64,000 nt of DNA, from NCBI GenBank assembly GCA_037137575.1, contig JBAXKB010000004.1, positions 268 to 64,267 on the forward strand. The letters are read 5' to 3'. Each line of letters starts with the position of its first letter. Within the stretch, counting starts at the first letter, position 1. The notes beneath the pieces were generated by a model that saw nothing but the letters and a program-made list of their open reading frames with translations, was not told where the DNA came from and made no database searches. A program made the translations under genes and the position numbers. Source of the DNA: Actinomycetes bacterium (lineage in GTDB: Bacteria; Actinomycetota; Actinomycetes; S36-B12; UBA5976). Positions 60,044 through 64,000 of the stretch are shown here, in pieces.

Positions 60044-61093
60044 ATGCGTAAGTTAGCAAAAATGATGATTGCACTAGTTGCAGTTTGGTCATTGATGTTT
60101 GTGGGCACAAGTCCGGCCTCAGCGAATAATACCTCGAAGCCAACCAAGAGTTCATCAGTCAGTTCCACTCACAAAGCGGACAAGACTAAGAAGAAAGATA
60201 AAAAGACCAAAAAGACAAAGAAGGCTAAAAAAGCTGGCAAGAAAGCTAAGAAGGCTAAAAAAGTTGGCAAGAAAGGCAAACGCGTAGCAAATTTCGCGCC
60301 AGTTGCCGAACCGACTCCAACAGATGCGCCGCTGTGCGATCCCGATGTTGATGTCTGCGACCCAGTTGTTGATCCAGACCCGACACCATATTGCTCGGTA
60401 GTTAGGGTCGGAGATGTTGATGTCTGCGAACCAATTTGTGACCCAGCAGTTGATGTATGTGATCCACCGTGCGATCCGATGATCGACAAGCTCTGCCAAC
60501 CAATTGATCCAACTTGTGATCCTGCAGTAGATGTTTGGTGTGAAATTGTTGTTGATCCAACTTGCGACTCAACAGTTGATTCTTGTGACCCGGTTGTTGA
60601 CCCGATCGATCCGATTGTTGACCCATACCCAACTTGGGACTTCAACTCTGCAGCTTGGACCACCTACTATGACAGTCTTGCCAAAGCAAATACTGATTAC
60701 ACAGATTTTGTTGCAGCTGCCCAAGCCGAATTCAATGCATCAACATCAGATGCAAGAGCAGCGCTTGATGAAGCATATGCATCTGCAACAACTTTTGCTG
60801 AGATAGTCAAAGCAAAAACCGAATTCCGACTAGCTACTGAAGTTCAGCAAGCGAAACTTAATGCCGTACTCGCTGATGCAAACGAAGCATTTGCATATCT
60901 TTCCAACAAGGCTTACGACCAATTGGTCGCTGATGGTGGATTGACTGTGTTTAAGTGTGGCGATCGTGATGGCGACGATGTAGATGTAAAAACCCATGTT
61001 GATCCTATGCCGCCTGCGCCAGGCGAGACTGGCGCACCAGTTCCACCGAAGGATGGAAAGCGCCATAAGGACCATAAGAAGCGTGGACATTAA
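60044..61093 (+). CDS. Secreted low-complexity protein with a poly-Lys block, a Cys-Asp-Pro repeat block and an Ala-rich helical C-terminal domain
   Basis: Signal peptide 'MRKLAKMMIALVAVWSLMFVGTSPASA'. Poly-Lys block 'KADKTKKKDKKTKKTKKAKKAGKKAKKAKKVGKKGK'. Twelve Cys lie in the 'CDPxVDVCDP'-type repeats. AGGAGCAGG RBS upstream and a terminator downstream. Confidence 0.8.
   Translation: MRKLAKMMIALVAVWSLMFVGTSPASANNTSKPTKSSSVSSTHKADKTKKKDKKTKKTKKAKKAGKKAKKAKKVGKKGKRVANFAPVAEPTPTDAPLCDPDVDVCDPVVDPDPTPYCSVVRVGDVDVCEPICDPAVDVCDPPCDPMIDKLCQPIDPTCDPAVDVWCEIVVDPTCDSTVDSCDPVVDPIDPIVDPYPTWDFNSAAWTTYYDSLAKANTDYTDFVAAAQAEFNASTSDARAALDEAYASATTFAEIVKAKTEFRLATEVQQAKLNAVLADANEAFAYLSNKAYDQLVADGGLTVFKCGDRDGDDVDVKTHVDPMPPAPGETGAPVPPKDGKRHKDHKKRGH
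60218..60277 (+). repeat. Tandem 30-bp duplication inside the Lys-rich coding block
   Basis: The units 60218..60247 and 60248..60277 are identical at 27 of 30 positions. They encode KKAKKAGKKA and KKAKKVGKKG. Confidence 0.85.
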
Positions 61094-61110
61094 TCCAAGA
61101 AATTGACTTG

Positions 61111-61145
61111 CTGTGGGCCTGGGTTTTTCCCGGCCCACAGTTTTT
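61111..61145 (+). terminator. Rho-independent terminator
   Basis: A perfect 9-bp stem, CTGTGGGCC / GGCCCACAG, with a 12-nt loop, followed by TTTTT. Confidence 0.8.
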
Positions 61146-61239
61146 CCGTGAACGTAGGTGCGGGCTGGCTGTGCAAATTTTCGCAGGGTAAACCTAAACA
61201 GGTGGAACTTCCCAGCTAGTTATCGCCTAAAGTCGTAGT

Positions 61240-61638
61240 GTGATGCAAACTCCCGCAACTAAGCCCCATATTTTGGAATTGGGTCTGGCTTGCTGTGCGC
61301 TCGAGGCTTCCTCAGTGGATTTACTAGAGGCTGCGGCATCACTTGTTGATGTGACTCAACTCGAAAAATTTAGCTCTCACATTCTGGTAATTGCCGGTAC
61401 GGTAACCCATGCGCTAGCGCCGACGGTAAAACACGCATACGAGCAGTTAGCCGAACCTAAAGTTGTTATTGCCTTTGGAGTTTGTGCCATTAGCGGCGGG
61501 CCTTACTGGGACTCATACAGCGTCTTAAATGGTGCTGGCCAACTATTGCCAGTCGATCTGATGGTTCCTGGCTGTCCGCCTGCGCCAGAAGATCTGGCTG
61601 CGGCTCTGGGTGAAGCACTGAGGTTGATTAAGCCATGA
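61240..61638 (+). CDS. NuoB-like [4Fe-4S] subunit paralog, N-terminally short
   Basis: 'LGLACCALEA', 'FGVCAISGG' and 'VPGCPPAPEDL' conserve all four Cys that ligate cluster N2. It is collinear with NuoB at 44340..44894 but lacks about 30 N-terminal residues. Confidence 0.8.
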   Translation: MMQTPATKPHILELGLACCALEASSVDLLEAAASLVDVTQLEKFSSHILVIAGTVTHALAPTVKHAYEQLAEPKVVIAFGVCAISGGPYWDSYSVLNGAGQLLPVDLMVPGCPPAPEDLAAALGEALRLIKP

Positions 61639-62123
61639 TTAATTACCCAGGTGCAACTCGCTTCGAAGCGCGCCACGATGCTAGCTGGCTGTGGATTACT
61701 GCGGACAGTTGGCTCGACTGCGCCAGCTGGTTAAAAGCGCGCAAGTTCGTTAGATGCGAGTGGCTCACTGCAGTTCACTTAGCCGAAGATCAATTTCAAG
61801 TGACTTTGTGTGTGAGCGATTCTTTGGCTAACGAAAAAGTGCTTGTCGTGACTCAAGTTGACCAAGAGATTGAATCACTTGAGCAGATTTACCCAGTTGT
61901 GCAATTTCACGAACGTGAAGTTCGCCAGATGCTGGGGCTTAATTTTAAAAATGCCACAGATGAAAGTCCGGCTTTCAGCGCAGATTTCGCTGGGCACCCA
62001 TTACGCCGCGACTTTGCCTTAACCGAACGCACGGAACACGAGTGGCCAGGGCAAGTAGACCCAGAGAAGCAAACTAAGCGCCGGCCAGCACTTGCCCCGG
62101 GTGTGCGTCAGGAGTGGTTGTAA
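61635..62123 (+). CDS. NuoC-like (30 kDa subunit family) paralog
   Basis: ATGA overlap with the upstream gene. 'IYPVVQFHEREVRQMLGLNF' and 'FAGHPLRRDFAL' parallel '[20 protein letters not shown]' and '[12 protein letters not shown]' of NuoC. Confidence 0.75.
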   Translation: MINYPGATRFEARHDASWLWITADSWLDCASWLKARKFVRCEWLTAVHLAEDQFQVTLCVSDSLANEKVLVVTQVDQEIESLEQIYPVVQFHEREVRQMLGLNFKNATDESPAFSADFAGHPLRRDFALTERTEHEWPGQVDPEKQTKRRPALAPGVRQEWL

Positions 62124-62524
62124 TGAGTGGGCCACATGAATCAATCGCTCTGCATCCGCAGAGCTGCACTTCGTGCATGTTGTGTGTGCGCGAATGCCCA
62201 GACTGGTGCATAACAGTGGAAGCTCACTCAGAGCCAGATGCTGATGCGCCGCAGTACAGTAATGCCCGGCGCCCAGCCATGAAGAATGTTTTAGATTCGT
62301 TTGAGATCGATTTCAGTCACTGCATGTGGTGCGGTATCTGTATCGATGTGTGCCCGTTTGATGCTTTGCATTGGTCGGCGCAACCACTAGCTGCTAGCAC
62401 GCAGCGCGACGGATTAATTTATCCAATCGAGCGACTTATCGAAAATTTACCCTTAGCTAAAAGACCAGATGGAAGCGCTGCACCACAAATTGACGAACCA
62501 CCAAGTGGTCGGCGCAAAAAGTAA
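62114..62524 (+). CDS. NuoI-like 2x[4Fe-4S] ferredoxin paralog
   Basis: 'CTSCMLCVRECP' and 'CMWCGICIDVCP'. It overlaps the upstream gene by 10 nt. Confidence 0.8.
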   Translation: MVVMSGPHESIALHPQSCTSCMLCVRECPDWCITVEAHSEPDADAPQYSNARRPAMKNVLDSFEIDFSHCMWCGICIDVCPFDALHWSAQPLAASTQRDGLIYPIERLIENLPLAKRPDGSAAPQIDEPPSGRRKK

Positions 62525-62531
62525 CTTCGGC

Positions 62532-63023
62532 TTAGCGGTAGTTGGTGAATTGAACTGCGAAATCTAAGTCGGCATCTTTTAAGAGTGCCTGTACTTCTTG
62601 CAAATCATCGCGACTCTTGCTAGTAACCCGAAGTTCTTCGCCCATAATCTGGGTCTTGATACTCTTTGGGCCTTCATCGCGAATTAGTTTGCCGATCTTC
62701 TTGGCTTGCTCCTGATTGATGCCAGCCAAAAAGTCGCCGTTGATTTTGTATTCCTTGCCCGAAAGGCGAGGGTCTGTTGATTTCAGAGATTTAAGACTTA
62801 CGCCCCGCTTAACTAACTTGTCGCGAAGTACTTCGAGCGCTGCTTTAACTTTTTCCTCAGTTGATGAAGTTATTTCAACACCAAGCTCGCCTTTCCACTC
62901 AATCGTGGTGTCAGTTCCTTTGAAGTCAAAGCGAGTAGCTAGTTCTTTTTGTGCCTGATTTAAGGCATTATCTGCCTCTTGGCGATCTACTTTGCTAACG
63001 ATATCGAAACTGGAATCAGCCAT
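62532..63023 (-). CDS. yajQ: YajQ family (UPF0234) nucleotide-binding protein
   Basis: '[33 protein letters not shown]' and the C-terminal '[12 protein letters not shown]' are typical of YajQ. Confidence 0.9.
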   Translation of the reverse strand: MADSSFDIVSKVDRQEADNALNQAQKELATRFDFKGTDTTIEWKGELGVEITSSTEEKVKAALEVLRDKLVKRGVSLKSLKSTDPRLSGKEYKINGDFLAGINQEQAKKIGKLIRDEGPKSIKTQIMGEELRVTSKSRDDLQEVQALLKDADLDFAVQFTNYR

Positions 63024-63138
63024 TTTTACCTCACCTGGAATTACTTATTAAGTGTCAGAATACCGTTTCGGGTGAGGGCGATTGGCAGTAAGGGGCTATG
63101 TGTCGGTATTCTCGTTGAGTTGCCAATTTTGGTAGCGT

Positions 63139-63222
63139 GGCAGGTTGCCCGAGCGGCCAATGGGAGCGGACTGTAAATCCGTCGCGCAAGCTACAGTGGT
63201 TCGAATCCACTACCTGCCACCA
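63139..63222 (+). tRNA. tRNA-Tyr (anticodon GTA) with a long variable arm and an encoded CCA
   Basis: Acceptor stem GGCAGGT / ACCTGCC, anticodon loop CT-GTA-AA, long variable arm, T-arm GGTTCGAATCC, discriminator A, then CCA. Confidence 0.9.
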
Positions 63223-63296
63223 CTTTGTTTTGAGCAATCGCTTATTCAATCTCGAACCTCTGGTTCCTGGCAAAATTCTCAGGTACGCTCAAAGAA

Positions 63297-64000
63297 ATGT
63301 TTACCCCAGCTAAATCCAATTCGCCGTTCGCTTTTGTAAAAACAGGAACGGACCATAACGTGGTGCGGTCCAAAGTCGGTTTACTGGTATTCGCTCTTGT
63401 TGCCCTATTCGGGTTACTTAACCCAACCACTATTCATGCAAGTGAAGTATCAGTCGTGATTAATGAAGTTGACTGCCATGGCAACGATTGGGTTGAGTTG
63501 TTCAACCGCGGCTCTAACGCGGTCGATATATCAGAATGGATTTTGACGGACAAAAAATTTTCCACCAAGAATCTTTTACACCTTTATAAATTCCCAACAG
63601 GCACATCACTAGCAAGTCATGCGCATTTAATTGTGCAACAAACTGGGGTAGGGGATCTGCAATTACCTTTTGGAATCAGTTGCGCCAAAGGTGGAATAGT
63701 GCGGTTGGGCCAACCTATTTCACCAACATCAATCACACTGATTGACGAATTGGCTGTGCCGATTGTGCCAGTACACACTACTTATGGCCGAGCGATTGAC
63801 GGATCGAACACTAAAGAGTTCACACTGCCGACTAAGCGCACCAAGAATAAGACTGCCCTGCCGATAATGCTTGGCGCGCAAAGCAAAATTTGCGCCAAGA
63901 AGAAGTCCTGTGTCATTTCGCTACGGGCAACTCAGACGACAAAGTTTCAGTTAGTTAAGAAACCCCCTGGCGTGAGTATTAGCTCAAAAGGGAAATTAAC
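63297..64000 (+). CDS. Secreted lamin-tail-domain (LTD) protein, 3'-truncated by the window edge
   Basis: Open frame from the ATG at 63297 (alternative GTG at 63360) to base 64000 without a stop, which is why it is absent from the ORF track. Signal/anchor 'VGLLVFALVALFGLL'. The LTD signature is 'VVINEVDCHGNDWVELFNRGSNAVDISEWILTD'. Confidence 0.7.
   Translation, partial: MFTPAKSNSPFAFVKTGTDHNVVRSKVGLLVFALVALFGLLNPTTIHASEVSVVINEVDCHGNDWVELFNRGSNAVDISEWILTDKKFSTKNLLHLYKFPTGTSLASHAHLIVQQTGVGDLQLPFGISCAKGGIVRLGQPISPTSITLIDELAVPIVPVHTTYGRAIDGSNTKEFTLPTKRTKNKTALPIMLGAQSKICAKKKSCVISLRATQTTKFQLVKKPPGVSISSKGKL

Noticed and set aside
60181-60300. Repetitive AAG/AAA-rich DNA as a possible CRISPR-like or intergenic tandem repeat.
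   Set aside because: It lies inside an open reading frame and encodes a poly-Lys block. There are only two 30-bp units and no spacer architecture.
60155-60663. Minus-strand ORFs of 114 and 164 aa opposite the Lys-rich / CDP-repeat gene.
   Set aside because: They are created by the repetitive, low-complexity sequence. The plus-strand frame has a signal peptide, an RBS and a terminator, and the antisense frames have none.
63055-63339. ORFs of 72 aa (minus strand) and 64 aa (plus strand) overlapping the tRNA-Tyr gene.
   Set aside because: They span a canonical tRNA with a complete cloverleaf and are therefore spurious.

Overview
This is a compact, almost fully coding chromosomal segment of moderate GC with short intergenic gaps and many 1-4 nt start/stop overlaps. 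Gene content and order are typical of Actinobacteria: dnaK-grpE-dnaJ-hspR with a HAIR operator, radA-disA, proC followed by a small HTH protein and bS22, rex followed by a hemD fusion, tlpA-ccdA-resB-ccsA, a dispersed menaquinone set (menA/E/B/C/D/F/G), a complete nuoA-N operon and a polyprenyl synthase. The lowered GC and streamlining suggest a freshwater acI/Nanopelagicales-like genome, which is inference only. I found no rRNA, CRISPR array, transposase, integrase or prophage. There is one tRNA, tRNA-Tyr(GTA).

Main observations:
- The 254-aa seven-helix protein at 12153..12917 is a heliorhodopsin, the inverted-topology rhodopsin family whose physiological role is still unresolved.
- An orphan, translationally coupled NuoB-like/NuoC-like/NuoI-like operon lies at 61240..62524. 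It has no NuoD, membrane or NADH-input partner and sits just downstream of the complete nuo operon.
- A near-consensus Rex operator precedes nuoA.
- The rex-hem locus has lost hemA/hemC/hemB/hemL from their usual syntenic positions but keeps a cobA/hemD fusion next to cytochrome c maturation genes.
- A secreted protein combines a poly-Lys block with a Cys-Asp-Pro repeat block.
- Two micro-ORFs are absent from the ORF track: bS22 and a 33-aa transmembrane peptide.

All calls rest on reading motifs by eye. No searches were run.
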